Shown piece after piece: positions 8,385 to 18,164 of a stretch of DNA of 64,000 nt. The position numbers and the translations under genes are program-made. The stretch is from an uncultured virus (IMG/VR IMGVR_UViG_3300032242_002374) (taxonomy: Duplodnaviria > Heunggongvirae > Uroviricota > Caudoviricetes), in IMG/VR virus record IMGVR_UViG_3300032242_002374, one strand, 5' to 3'. How positions within the stretch are numbered: the first letter of the stretch is position 1; every line of letters starts with the position of its first letter. Below the pieces are notes generated by a model. That model was not told the DNA's origin, searched no databases, and saw nothing but the letters and a program-made list of their open reading frames with translations.

Positions 8385-9275
8385 TTACTTTCTTGATGGT
8401 CTGCCTCTTTTTCTAGTAGGCATTATTATATTATCAGGTTTTATTGATGGAGTTTTAGTATTTACAAAATCCACATCTTCAAAAAGAGTTCCACTTGAAG
8501 GTGGTGGTGGTGGTGGTTCAAAACTTTCTTGTTGTACTATTGGAGGTGCTTCATACTTTTCTTCTTTATGAGGCGGAGATGGTGGTGGCACAACCCTTGC
8601 ACCAGAGCTAACAGTCGCTTCCTTAATACTATTAATCATATCATTAATAGTTCTTTTTTGTTGGAAAAACATAATAGCTTTAGTACCTAAATCTTTTGCA
8701 AAAAGGAATCCTAACTTTTGTTCATCAGTCATTCCAACTCCTCTCTTAGCAAGAACCTTTGTAAGTATTGGTGTAGTTTCTTCTTTAAATTCCTCACTCA
8801 CAACGAACATATTAGAAACTTGACTATTATATTCCTTGAAGAATTGCCCTGCTCTCATCTCTTTGCCATAATCATAACTAATCATAGCATTAAGATTGAT
8901 TTCGCCAGATTCTTGTAGCCTATCCAATTTCTTTTCAGAAACTTGAACATATTTATTAGCAGCACCGTGAATCCATTCATAACCACTCATAATCATTTCA
9001 GCAGCGTGTTGTGCCGACAACTCTGCATCTTTCTTTGAAAGAGTTTCAAATTCTGGATTAATAGGTGCAGCTTTCACCTTTTCTTTAGGAGGCTCTGCCT
9101 TCTTAAATGGTGGTGGTGAAAATCTTGGTTCGCCTATTGGCTTATTAAGGTCTTCGTTTGCTGCTGAAAATCCAGATGCAGAATAAGCCTTCTCATTTAC
9201 TGGCTCATCTAATGGATTCCAACTTATATCCTCAACATTATTTCTTTCTTCTGGCTCTAAAAAATCATTTTCCAT
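8385..9275 (-). CDS. hypothetical protein, Pro-rich, with C-terminal AT-hook
   Basis: C-terminal RKRGRPSRK. Confidence 0.6.
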   Translation of the reverse strand: MENDFLEPEERNNVEDISWNPLDEPVNEKAYSASGFSAANEDLNKPIGEPRFSPPPFKKAEPPKEKVKAAPINPEFETLSKKDAELSAQHAAEMIMSGYEWIHGAANKYVQVSEKKLDRLQESGEINLNAMISYDYGKEMRAGQFFKEYNSQVSNMFVVSEEFKEETTPILTKVLAKRGVGMTDEQKLGFLFAKDLGTKAIMFFQQKRTINDMINSIKEATVSSGARVVPPPSPPHKEEKYEAPPIVQQESFEPPPPPPSSGTLFEDVDFVNTKTPSIKPDNIIMPTRKRGRPSRK

Positions 9276-9714
9276 TTTTTTGCTTTTTCTCTGTTATTAA
9301 AATATTTATTTTCTTAAAATTACTTTCTAAATTCTTTTCAAAATCGCTTTTCGGTTTGACAGCCTTATGCTTAACATAATTGTAGTATCTATGTAAAGCA
9401 GATTCATCTTTGTTAAAAACCATTTTTAATTGCTTATAAGAATATTTAAGCTCTTCTTTGATAAAATATATAGATAACGATAGAGCCATCTTTCTCTCAT
9501 CGTTCCTTTCATTGCCATATAATAGAACATCTTTTGTAATGCCTACTTGATTGCAAGTTATCTCTAAGAAAAAGTCAATAGTATCATCGCTTAACATCAA
9601 TGACTTAGCCTTTGCATCTTGCAATATTTGACAAGTCCTTTCAATACCGATAGATTCAACGGTAGTAAAGACTTCATCCATTATTTTGCCATAAATTGAA
9701 GGCTGTGTATTCAT
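9265..9714 (-). CDS. DnaA domain IV-like helix-turn-helix protein
   Basis: ERKMAL...YFIKEELKYSYKQLKMVFNKDESAL resembles the DnaA C-terminal ARQIAMYL...S...IG..F..DHTTV pattern. Confidence 0.55.
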   Translation of the reverse strand: MNTQPSIYGKIMDEVFTTVESIGIERTCQILQDAKAKSLMLSDDTIDFFLEITCNQVGITKDVLLYGNERNDERKMALSLSIYFIKEELKYSYKQLKMVFNKDESALHRYYNYVKHKAVKPKSDFEKNLESNFKKINILITEKKQKNGK

Positions 9715-9769
9715 ATATTATGTCAATGATATTTTTATTAATGTCAAAGGTAAATAATTTTTTTAATGA

Positions 9770-10222
9770 TTATTTAATTTTTTTTATAAATAGTGGTTCT
9801 AATGCCTTACAAGCCTTAATATTTTGCTTAAACCATAGTTTATCAACAAGCCTTATCTTAACCTCTGGGTAATAAATCCCCATTCGCTTCATCTTCGTTT
9901 GTGACTTAGAATCAAGATAACCCTTAGTTTCAACATACTCTATTGAATTGTTTAGATGTGTTATCCTAAAATCTGGTAAATAAGACCTAACTCCTCTTTT
10001 TATATTATCAAAAAAAAAGCATTGCGGTTCGTGTTCCCACTCTAAAATCTTTCCTTCTTGCTTTAATTTTTGAAGAAATATTGCGTAATAGTATTCCCAA
10101 CTTGAGCGAAAATAAATAGGTTGTTTGTCAGCAATCGTAGCCCAAAATTGCTTATAAGACGTGTCTTTTAACCCCAACTTATCTTTTACCGCTTGTGGCA
10201 GTTGATTGATGTGTAAACCCAT
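9770..10222 (-). CDS. PD-(D/E)XK endonuclease
   Basis: FRSSWE...YLPDF...VETKGY. Confidence 0.8.
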   Translation of the reverse strand: MGLHINQLPQAVKDKLGLKDTSYKQFWATIADKQPIYFRSSWEYYYAIFLQKLKQEGKILEWEHEPQCFFFDNIKRGVRSYLPDFRITHLNNSIEYVETKGYLDSKSQTKMKRMGIYYPEVKIRLVDKLWFKQNIKACKALEPLFIKKIK

Positions 10223-10887
10223 TAATATTTAAAATTGATAAAGTCTTCTTCGTAAACGTATCTTATTATATCATTTGTTTCTTTTGTAAGATAATCGTTA
10301 TACTTAGCATACGAAATAGTGTTTGTATTCTTTTTTTCTAATTCTGGCAAGTAAATGCCTAATTCTTTTGATAGTATAGTAATATCTTTAGATATATCTT
10401 CTAATTTAATATAAGTAATATCTGCACCCAAATCATTCCATTGAGATTGGCTTAAATATGCTCTTGAACCGCCCCAATTTATTCCAGAATTGATGTTACT
10501 ATAAATAAATTTTGGATTACCATAAAAATTATTTAAGAAATTCTTATTAAATAAACAAGCATAAAAATGTTTTGTAAATTCTGGAAATGACATCCCTTTT
10601 ACTTTAACATCATATTTTACGTTCTTAATAATTTTAAGCTGGTGAAAATATGAAGAAACAAATCTACTTATTGGGTCTCTAACAACTTGTATTACCTTAT
10701 AATTATGCAAATCTGTTATTTGAAATAACTCTACTAACTCTGATAAGTACAAGTGTATTTTAGGTTTTTTGTATTCTGCATTAAAATCTAAAAAATCTAT
10801 GCTACTATCTAATAGACATTCTTTTATTGAATTTGAAGCCGTTTTAGGGGGCATCAAAAATATTAATTTCGCTTTTTTGCTTACCAT
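10222..10887 (-). CDS. sulfotransferase family 2 protein
   Basis: PPKTASNSI and VRDPISRFVSSY motifs. Confidence 0.85.
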   Translation of the reverse strand: MVSKKAKLIFLMPPKTASNSIKECLLDSSIDFLDFNAEYKKPKIHLYLSELVELFQITDLHNYKVIQVVRDPISRFVSSYFHQLKIIKNVKYDVKVKGMSFPEFTKHFYACLFNKNFLNNFYGNPKFIYSNINSGINWGGSRAYLSQSQWNDLGADITYIKLEDISKDITILSKELGIYLPELEKKNTNTISYAKYNDYLTKETNDIIRYVYEEDFINFKY

Positions 10888-10890
10888 TAT

Positions 10891-11418
10891 TTATTTATTT
10901 TTCCAATCAATAATAAGGTGTATTCTATCGGCTTCTCCTTCGTTTAATACACTATGTATATTCCCATTGTTATTAACCTCCCAAATTTCGCCTTCTTTTA
11001 AATTCTTTGTAACATCAGCAACGGTAAAATAACAACTTTTATTTGTTTGTATTACTATATGAATCCTTCTTGGCTCAAATATTACGCCTCTATCTAAGTG
11101 TGGCTTAATTGACTTCCCTTTTGGCAACTTAGCCAAAATAGCTCTATAAATGTAACCTTTTGGTTCATCTATTATTTTTCTCAAATGTTCCTGTAAAAAC
11201 AATAATTCTTTTTCAAAAAGTACATAATATTTTGTCTTTTCGGCTTTTTCTACATCTAATTTATCATCAAATATTATTGGGATAGTTTTTGTTTCTTTAT
11301 GAACATCAAACTTTTTTTGTCTAAAATCAAATTCATCCCAATCTAAATTATTTTCTAAAATAATCGTTTTAAAGTTGGTTACATCAATTAAACCATAATT
11401 TCTAAAACTTCGTTTCAT
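10891..11418 (-). CDS. 2OG-Fe(II) Asp/Asn beta-hydroxylase-like protein
   Basis: IKPHLD...RIHIVI...HSVLN...RIHLIID. Confidence 0.85.
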   Translation of the reverse strand: MKRSFRNYGLIDVTNFKTIILENNLDWDEFDFRQKKFDVHKETKTIPIIFDDKLDVEKAEKTKYYVLFEKELLFLQEHLRKIIDEPKGYIYRAILAKLPKGKSIKPHLDRGVIFEPRRIHIVIQTNKSCYFTVADVTKNLKEGEIWEVNNNGNIHSVLNEGEADRIHLIIDWKNK

Positions 11419-11422
11419 TGTA

Positions 11423-12058
11423 TTAAAGTTTGTATTTTCTCTTGAACTCTGGATGGTTAAGTATTACATCACCAACATAATTTGCAAAGGTGCAATCACT
11501 TGGATAATGAACTCCTAAATATACTCTTGACTTAGATATATCGTTTGCCAATTCCATAAGTTGCTTGTAGTATTTAGGATATTTGTTGCCTAATACTTCG
11601 CAGTATATTTTTGATTGTAAAGAATGTCCACTTGGATAAGAAGGGGTATCACAGAATTTACATTGATAAGGATATAAATTCATTTGGAACATATAAGAAA
11701 ACTGTAATGGTCTTATTCTTTGGTAGTTGTATTTAAGTTTAGTAATAATAGGCACAATATCATTATGCAAATCTTTTACTATGGTACTTACATCTTCATA
11801 GGGGATTCCTTTGTTTGATAGAACGTTTATAATATATTCTTCAAAATTGCTATCATACAAAAAATATCTTTTTTCTATCTCTTCGTTTGTAGATAATTCA
11901 TTTGTAGCATTTATCAATAAGGTTACTTCATCTATTGCCTCTTGAGAATTATTATCAGGATAAGGATAACTACTCAACTCTGGCAATAAACTATCTAAAT
12001 ATGTCGTTTGAGATAAGTATGGAAGATACGTTCTATTTGCATTACCGTAGCCAATCAT
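11423..12058 (-). CDS. PAP2 / haloperoxidase superfamily phosphatase
   Basis: KxxxxRxRP, PSYPSGH, SRVYLGVHYPSD. Confidence 0.85.
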   Translation of the reverse strand: MIGYGNANRTYLPYLSQTTYLDSLLPELSSYPYPDNNSQEAIDEVTLLINATNELSTNEEIEKRYFLYDSNFEEYIINVLSNKGIPYEDVSTIVKDLHNDIVPIITKLKYNYQRIRPLQFSYMFQMNLYPYQCKFCDTPSYPSGHSLQSKIYCEVLGNKYPKYYKQLMELANDISKSRVYLGVHYPSDCTFANYVGDVILNHPEFKRKYKL

Positions 12059-12071
12059 AATGTACTATTTT

Positions 12072-12200
12072 GGTAATAATATCTTAGTTTACACTAAAAT
12101 ACTTTCCTGCTTCTTTGCTCTGGCTATTGCCAACAACTCCACAGGCTCTTTTCGGCTACCCACCGATGTTTTGTTATTAAATATTGTTATTCCTTTATTT
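12072..12200 (-). ncRNA. putative omegaRNA scaffold of TnpB copy A (5' boundary uncertain)
   Basis: GAGCCTGTGGAG...GAAGCAGGAA blocks and terminal hairpin shared with copy C, overlapping the tnpB 3' end. Confidence 0.55.
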
Positions 12201-13285
12201 TTGATATTGATAGCTGCATTAAAATCTCTATCGTGTGTTGTTCCACAATTATCACAAGTCCATTCACGATGCTGCAACTTCAATTCTTTATTGATTGCCC
12301 CACAAATATTACACTCTTTACTGCTTGGCTCAAACCTCCCTATTTTTATTAAGTTAATTCCCTGCCACTTGCATTTATAACCTAATATCTCATAGAACTT
12401 ACCCAATGAAACATCGCTTATTGATTGTGCTAATTTGTGGTTTTTCAACATCCCAACTACATTCAAATCTTCTATACATATTGAAGAAACAGCTTGGTTA
12501 TCGCTCGTTAAGTTATGTGTAACCTTATGAATGTAATCGAGGCGTTGATTTGTTATTCTTTCGTGTAAACTTGATACACGCTTATTTGCTTTTTTTCTGT
12601 TATTGCTACGTTTTACTTTTCTTGATGCTCTACGCTGCAAACATTTTAATCTTCTTAATCTGCCTTTTAATTTTCTGTTAGCTTCAAATGTTCTGCCATC
12701 ACTGCTAACTACGAATGATTTTATGCCAGTATCTATTCCTATTGTTGTAGCAGAATTTATTTGCTGCAATTGCTTTTCAACATCATTTGTTTCAACTAAA
12801 ATAGATGCAAAATACTTTTTAGTATGAGTTCTGCTAATTGTTACTGTTTTTATTTTACCTTCAAAAGCCCTACTTAATCTTATCGGGATATTAGATATTT
12901 TGGGTATTGATAGTGTTGATGTTTCAAAATCTACTTTTTGATTTGTCCCTATCAAACTACTTCCAAAAGACTGTGTACTATTTTTACTTTTAAACTTTGG
13001 GTAGCCTCTACCATTAAAGAAATTTTTAAACGCAACATCAATCTTTTTTACAGACGCTTGTAATGCTTGACTATCTACACTTTTTATCCAGCCAAAACCT
13101 TTTTTCAAATCTACTAATTGATAACATAAATCAAAAGACGATAAACTCTTCCCTTGCGTTTTATAAGCATACATCTTTATTTCTAATGCCAAATTATACA
13201 CCAACCTGCATACGGATATAGAATGGTCTATTTTAGCCATTTGTTCCTTAGTCGGATATATCCTATATTTGTATGCTTTTATCAA
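12089..13285 (-). CDS. tnpB: RNA-guided endonuclease TnpB
   Basis: KAYKYRIYP N-terminus, RuvC GIDTG / IEDL / DRDFNAA, CxxC...CxxC zinc finger. Confidence 0.95.
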   Translation of the reverse strand: MIKAYKYRIYPTKEQMAKIDHSISVCRLVYNLALEIKMYAYKTQGKSLSSFDLCYQLVDLKKGFGWIKSVDSQALQASVKKIDVAFKNFFNGRGYPKFKSKNSTQSFGSSLIGTNQKVDFETSTLSIPKISNIPIRLSRAFEGKIKTVTISRTHTKKYFASILVETNDVEKQLQQINSATTIGIDTGIKSFVVSSDGRTFEANRKLKGRLRRLKCLQRRASRKVKRSNNRKKANKRVSSLHERITNQRLDYIHKVTHNLTSDNQAVSSICIEDLNVVGMLKNHKLAQSISDVSLGKFYEILGYKCKWQGINLIKIGRFEPSSKECNICGAINKELKLQHREWTCDNCGTTHDRDFNAAINIKNKGITIFNNKTSVGSRKEPVELLAIARAKKQESILV

Positions 13286-13325
13286 AGTGTAAAGTTATAT
13301 ATTATTGCCACTATTTTTATTTTCT

Positions 13326-13691
13326 CTAAATATAAAAACCTTGCGTGTTAACGCCATTAGCACTAACTTTATTTTCTTGTTCTTTCGCTGTAAACTCTGA
13401 AAGTTTTATAGTAAGGTCGTCAATTTGATTTTGCATATTTGCTATCTCTGGCTTCACTACCTTAAAATTATATCTAAAATATGATATAGTATATACAAGG
13501 GCAGTCACACCAAGTAAACTAATGCCTATCTCTACCCAATTAAGCCCTTTTAGTATATCAGTAAAGCTATCGCCACCACCTCCTCCTCCATCAGAAATTG
13601 TTGGTGATGTATATGTTGGTGCAGGTGTAGCTGAAACTGGTGCAGCAGGTGCAGCAATAGCAGGTGTGGTTGAAACTTCTATGTTATCCAT
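13326..13691 (-). CDS. membrane protein with central TM and coiled coil
   Basis: Pro/Ala-rich N-terminus, ISDGGGG, TM segment. Confidence 0.7.
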   Translation of the reverse strand: MDNIEVSTTPAIAAPAAPVSATPAPTYTSPTISDGGGGGGDSFTDILKGLNWVEIGISLLGVTALVYTISYFRYNFKVVKPEIANMQNQIDDLTIKLSEFTAKEQENKVSANGVNTQGFYI

Positions 13692-14074
13692 TACTCTAAT
13701 ATTTTAATTAAAACTATAACTCCAATCCCAGCTAATGCCAAGTTAATAAGTGTATTATCTTTTACTTTAGGTGGAACTGTTAAATCTTGTGCATTTATAG
13801 GAGCATCTACTGTTTTAATAGGTGTTGGGTCTATTGTAGTTGTAGTTGTTGTACTATTGCAACCTTGTGGCAATGTAGTTGAAGGAAAAAATTGAGGTTC
13901 ATTAGCCCACATAGGCTGATAGTTCGCTCTGCATTTATTTGCTTCTGTATAAAATATATCCTTTTGCTGTGGTATCGTCAAATTTAGATTATCAGCAAAG
14001 GTTGTATAGTTATATGTTGATATGTCGGCAAAGCCAACTTTTGTTGCATTTGGTGCGTATGTCAATAAACTCAT
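13691..14074 (-). CDS. C-terminally anchored membrane protein
   Basis: Thr-rich linker and C-terminal TM. Confidence 0.7.
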   Translation of the reverse strand: MSLLTYAPNATKVGFADISTYNYTTFADNLNLTIPQQKDIFYTEANKCRANYQPMWANEPQFFPSTTLPQGCNSTTTTTTIDPTPIKTVDAPINAQDLTVPPKVKDNTLINLALAGIGVIVLIKILE

Positions 14075-14089
14075 AGTAATTGTTTTATA

Positions 14090-14950
14090 TTATTTGCCCA
14101 TTTCTTTCCAAGCTCTTGCTACTGCTGATTTCCACGCTTCCCCATCTTTTCGTGTAGCTTTTGCGTGAGCAATTACTTCTTTCATCTTGTTTGTTTGTGG
14201 GTTAGCTTTCTTAGTGCCAGTAACCTTTTTGCCTTCTTTTTTTATCATAATAGATTTTCTTTTTGTTTTTTCATCTTTAGGGATAATAACATAAGAAGGT
14301 TTTATTACTTCTTGAACAATCCCATTCCTTACAACCAGTTTATCGTCTTTGAAAATATTTTTTGTTTCGCCATTAATTTCTGCGTGTACTTGTCCGTTTG
14401 GTTCTATCCAAATATTACCTGCTAGACTTTGTAATTTTGCCCCATTTTTACCATCAAATTCTAAAACAGTTTCACCTATTTTATTTGACATTTTCCCACC
14501 GTCAGACATTTCACCACCTTTGGCAAAGTTACTTGTTACTTTGTATATTTTATCAAATCCAACTGTTTTAGGGCTTTCATTTTTGCTATGCAATTCAATA
14601 CCGTAGTTTGTATATAGTTCAACACTTTCAATACCTTTTGTATTAGCCGTTTCAGCCATTTCTCTTGCATCTTCTTTGTCAATCATATATTTGCTTTCAT
14701 CTTCAACAAAAGCAACCACAATAGCTTTATTACCTTTTCTGCCAACATAGTAATCTATTCCACTCTTTTTAGTAGAATAGTTTAAATCGCTATTTGTTTT
14801 TGCACCCATAGCTTTTAAGTATTCTAAAGGGCTTTTATGTTCGCTATGTAATGTCCCACTTATACCACCACCTTTGGCATACTTCTTATCTTCTGTAAAG
14901 GCACTTACTAAAAAACCTCCTCCTACTAAACCTAATATTAATGGTAACAT
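14090..14950 (-). CDS. membrane-anchored multi-module protein with xxGG linkers
   Basis: N-terminal TM; YAKGG, FAKGG, MSDGG; basic C-terminus; possible degenerate restriction-endonuclease-like module. Confidence 0.65.
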   Translation of the reverse strand: MLPLILGLVGGGFLVSAFTEDKKYAKGGGISGTLHSEHKSPLEYLKAMGAKTNSDLNYSTKKSGIDYYVGRKGNKAIVVAFVEDESKYMIDKEDAREMAETANTKGIESVELYTNYGIELHSKNESPKTVGFDKIYKVTSNFAKGGEMSDGGKMSNKIGETVLEFDGKNGAKLQSLAGNIWIEPNGQVHAEINGETKNIFKDDKLVVRNGIVQEVIKPSYVIIPKDEKTKRKSIMIKKEGKKVTGTKKANPQTNKMKEVIAHAKATRKDGEAWKSAVARAWKEMGK

Positions 14951-14979
14951 ATTATAATTATTATTTTTTCACAAATTTA

Positions 14980-15228
14980 TTACTTTTTTTGGTATTCTAA
15001 TACTTCAAAAATTTCCTCTTCATTTTCATCATCATAAAACAAGATGTAACAATCAGTATCTAACCTTGAAAAGTTCTCTTTGTTAAATACAAGAATAGCC
15101 TTTAACACATCCTTAGTAGCACTATCAACAAGTATATTTTTTTCATCTTCATTAACATCGTATTTCAACTCTCCGTACTGTGTTGTAATGCTTTGTACTT
15201 TCTCTATAAATCTTTTAATATAATTCAT
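14980..15228 (-). CDS. hypothetical protein
   Basis: ORF preceded by TAAATTTG promoter-like box. Confidence 0.55.
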   Translation of the reverse strand: MNYIKRFIEKVQSITTQYGELKYDVNEDEKNILVDSATKDVLKAILVFNKENFSRLDTDCYILFYDDENEEEIFEVLEYQKK

Positions 15229-15237
15229 ATCACAAAT

Positions 15238-16020
15238 TTAGTGTAAATATTTATTTATTAAAGTATTTGCTTCTTTTGGCGTTAAATATTTATTTGATAA
15301 TTGATAATTACCTTTTAAAAAATCCAATTGACTTTCGTATATGTAATTTGCATAAGCTAATGGGACATAACTACTAATCCTATTTTGAGTAATCCTATTT
15401 TTAGCCCCCCAAACACCATTATTTAACCCAACTAACCAATATTGGTCTAAAGCATTGTTTGGGTTTAAAAGTTCAAGATAAAGTACATCGTATGGTTGCC
15501 CAGTTAGTACATCCTTATTATCGGCTATATGCTTCTTTTCATTTACATAATTGTAATACTTATTCAATAAATCAAAAAATATATTTGCTTCGCTTTCTTT
15601 TGGAATATTCCTATTTGTGTCTTTGTAAATTATGCCTTTTCTTGGTAGAGAGAACCTATCATTTTTGCCTAACAAATATCTATTGCCTATTGGAATACTT
15701 CTTAATTCATCTCTAGTTAAAGTTATTTGTTTACTCTTTTTTTTATTTTGAGCCAATGCTATTTTATAGTCTTCCCAACCACTCCAAGTAAATGGATATT
15801 TTAAACCATTTTTGTATAAATATTTTTGTGTAGAATCATTGCTTAAAGATGGAGTTGTAGTTGACCAATAACTTGATGGCTCTTGAATTATAATATCTTC
15901 TTTAGGTGTGGTAGCAGTAGCATTTAATTTCTTACCATTTTTAAAATGCTTATACACAAAAAATCCTACTATACCAAGTACAGTAGTTATTCCCAAAGCA
16001 TTCAATATTTTTTTACTCAT
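15238..16020 (-). CDS. N-terminally anchored membrane protein
   Basis: Signal anchor ILNALGITTVLGIVGFFVYK. Confidence 0.7.
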   Translation of the reverse strand: MSKKILNALGITTVLGIVGFFVYKHFKNGKKLNATATTPKEDIIIQEPSSYWSTTTPSLSNDSTQKYLYKNGLKYPFTWSGWEDYKIALAQNKKKSKQITLTRDELRSIPIGNRYLLGKNDRFSLPRKGIIYKDTNRNIPKESEANIFFDLLNKYYNYVNEKKHIADNKDVLTGQPYDVLYLELLNPNNALDQYWLVGLNNGVWGAKNRITQNRISSYVPLAYANYIYESQLDFLKGNYQLSNKYLTPKEANTLINKYLH

Positions 16021-16406
16021 TTATTTTGCGATTTTAATGCTGCTAATTCTTTATCTTTTTTTACGTTTTTCATTGCTACCCCTATTACAAGACCACCACC
16101 TAATATACCTAATAAAATTTTAGAATTTGAAGAAAACTTGTTCTTATTTAATGCTAACATTGTAAGTAACACTATACCATAATACGAAGCGGTAATTGTA
16201 TAATAATTCAACACGTCCCTTGTCCAATATTGCTCTGGGGTTATTTTACCCTCTTCTAATTCTTGTTTCCATTTTTGCTGCAAGGAAAAGTATAAACCAT
16301 CCGCAACAGTAGGTATTGCATTTGCCAACATAGCTGCACCCAATGCAGTATATATTAAAGCGTTTCCATTGCCTTCGCTAATTACCTTATTTATACCTAA
16401 TTCCAT
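16017..16406 (-). CDS. multi-TM membrane protein
   Basis: Three hydrophobic segments. Confidence 0.7.
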   Translation of the reverse strand: MELGINKVISEGNGNALIYTALGAAMLANAIPTVADGLYFSLQQKWKQELEEGKITPEQYWTRDVLNYYTITASYYGIVLLTMLALNKNKFSSNSKILLGILGGGLVIGVAMKNVKKDKELAALKSQNK

Positions 16407-16500
16407 TGAAAATATTTTTTTAAATCAATTACTTCATACATTTGCAATTAGCCCTCTTACACTTGTAGCTTGTTTTATAACTTATGCTCTTGTTTGGGGG

Positions 16501-16761
16501 TTATTTTTTTGCCATAGCGTACCCAAGCAACCCAGCTCCAATAAATATAAAAAATAAAGGCAAGTATTGCATAGAAACGGTAGTCTTAGGACAAACTGAT
16601 TTCCCATTATAATACTTAGCATCTAACTTACCTTGATTATGTAAGGTAACAAATTCTGTAAAGGAATAACCTTTATTCCCTTTTGTTTTTTCTTTTTGGC
16701 TTCTTTTCCAAAGCTGACTTATAGTTGTACAACTCATTTCCTTACTTTTTAAGATACTCAA
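16501..16761 (-). CDS. C-terminally anchored small membrane protein
   Basis: C-terminal TM followed by AKK; start may be ATG 16737. Confidence 0.65.
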   Translation of the reverse strand: MSILKSKEMSCTTISQLWKRSQKEKTKGNKGYSFTEFVTLHNQGKLDAKYYNGKSVCPKTTVSMQYLPLFFIFIGAGLLGYAMAKK

Positions 16762-17119
16762 CTACCATCCCTTTTTTTAGTAATTGTATTCTATCGTAAT
16801 TATTTTCACCAGAAAGATTAGTGCTACCCAATTGAATAGACCAATCTCCAGCAAGATAATAGTTGCTATCGCCAAAAACTTGAACTGTCTTACCTTGAAA
16901 TTTAAACTCTAAAATACCTTGTTTAAAATCAACAGAAACAACTTCTACTTTAGGTTTCCAAATATTATTAAGATAAAAAGTATATCCACCAGCAATAACT
17001 GTAATTGCACCAATTATTGCGGCTGCTTTTATAATAATTTCGTTAGTCTTTGTAAGTCTAACTTTTACATTTTGAACGTCTAACATATTACTTATTGTTT
17101 TTGAAAATATTAACTGCAC
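16742..17119 (-). CDS. membrane-anchored beta-rich protein
   Basis: Single TM followed by a beta-strand-rich domain; start may be ATG 17086. Confidence 0.65.
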   Translation of the reverse strand: MQLIFSKTISNMLDVQNVKVRLTKTNEIIIKAAAIIGAITVIAGGYTFYLNNIWKPKVEVVSVDFKQGILEFKFQGKTVQVFGDSNYYLAGDWSIQLGSTNLSGENNYDRIQLLKKGMVVEYLKK

Positions 17120-17693
17120 CCCAAGTTAAAGCCAACGCACTTATACCTACAACTGCAAACCAAACACCATTTCTTTTTTTCTTAACTACTTCAACTCTAT
17201 TAAACTCTTGAGGGTCTTCTTGTTGTTGTTGTGGCTGTGTCTGTTGCTGCTGTGATTTTTGTTGAGCAATTGGTTTTTGAACAATTATAGGTTGCTCTTC
17301 AATTTCTTTTTTTATGTCTTCTAACTTTTCTTTTACAGAAACATTATTAACTTTAGGAGCAAGTTGTACAACTTTAGTGGCTGTGGCAGGAGTTTCTTTA
17401 GGATTCTGTTTATTAGCCATTCTTGTTGCAATAGCTTTGCTCATATTTTCTTCTCTTCTTCTTTGCAATTCTGGATTAAACTTTAAAACCTTTTCGGTTA
17501 TTTGTTTATCTACTGTTTGCAACTCTTTTTTAGCATCTTCGATAAGTGCTAGTTCTTCTACTCCCAATTCTTCGCTTTCTGCATTTGTAATTTTTAAGTA
17601 ATCTGCTTCGAGCTTAGTAATTTGACCTTGCAAAGATTTTGATAGATTCTCTACATTGATACCTCTTTCTTGTAACGCATTTTTGTAATTCAT
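17088..17693 (-). CDS. tail-anchored coiled-coil protein (paralog of 17712..18152)
   Basis: Shared L...I...L.K.I...I N-terminus, coiled coil and C-terminal TM. Confidence 0.75.
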   Translation of the reverse strand: MNYKNALQERGINVENLSKSLQGQITKLEADYLKITNAESEELGVEELALIEDAKKELQTVDKQITEKVLKFNPELQRRREENMSKAIATRMANKQNPKETPATATKVVQLAPKVNNVSVKEKLEDIKKEIEEQPIIVQKPIAQQKSQQQQTQPQQQQEDPQEFNRVEVVKKKRNGVWFAVVGISALALTWGAVNIFKNNK

Positions 17694-17711
17694 ATATTTT
17701 CTCTTTTAATT

Positions 17712-18152
17712 TTACTTGTTTCTTAAATATTTTGCTGCAATACCACCAGTCAATATAACTAATCCTAATCCTAAAAGAAGCCCACCAATACCAGTTTTCT
17801 TTTCAGGTTGTGGCGTTGGTTCGGTTTGTGGCGTTGGTGGCGTTTGTACCTCTGCTTTAGCCTTTTTGCCCTCTTGCATTTTTCTTGCTCTCTCTTGGTT
17901 CATAGGTATATTTGTAATGTACTTATCAACCTCTGAACAAATATCATTTTCAAGAACACTCAATCCATCTTTTAGTTCTTTCAAATCGTTATCAAACTCT
18001 TCAAGGTCTTCGCTTGAAATTTGACTTCTATCTGATTCTAACTGTTTAATTTCACCATCAACTTCTTTGTACTCATTGATTTTAGCGGTAATTTTTTTAC
18101 CCAATTTGCTTTCTTCAATGTTGTTTTGTTGTAATTTAGCTAACCATTTCAT
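17712..18152 (-). CDS. tail-anchored coiled-coil protein
   Basis: Same architecture as 17088..17693. Confidence 0.75.
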   Translation of the reverse strand: MKWLAKLQQNNIEESKLGKKITAKINEYKEVDGEIKQLESDRSQISSEDLEEFDNDLKELKDGLSVLENDICSEVDKYITNIPMNQERARKMQEGKKAKAEVQTPPTPQTEPTPQPEKKTGIGGLLLGLGLVILTGGIAAKYLRNK

Positions 18153-18164
18153 ATTTTATGTATT

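Larger units (their letters stand above)
12072..13309 (-). mobile_element. non-autonomous TIR-bounded TnpB element (copy A)
   Basis: 24-bp TIRs 12072-12095 (GGTAATAATATCTTAGTTTACACT) and 13286-13309 (minus GGCAATAATATATAACTTTACACT), 20/24 identical; 8-bp duplication ACTATTTT at 12064-12071 and 13310-13317. Confidence 0.85.
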
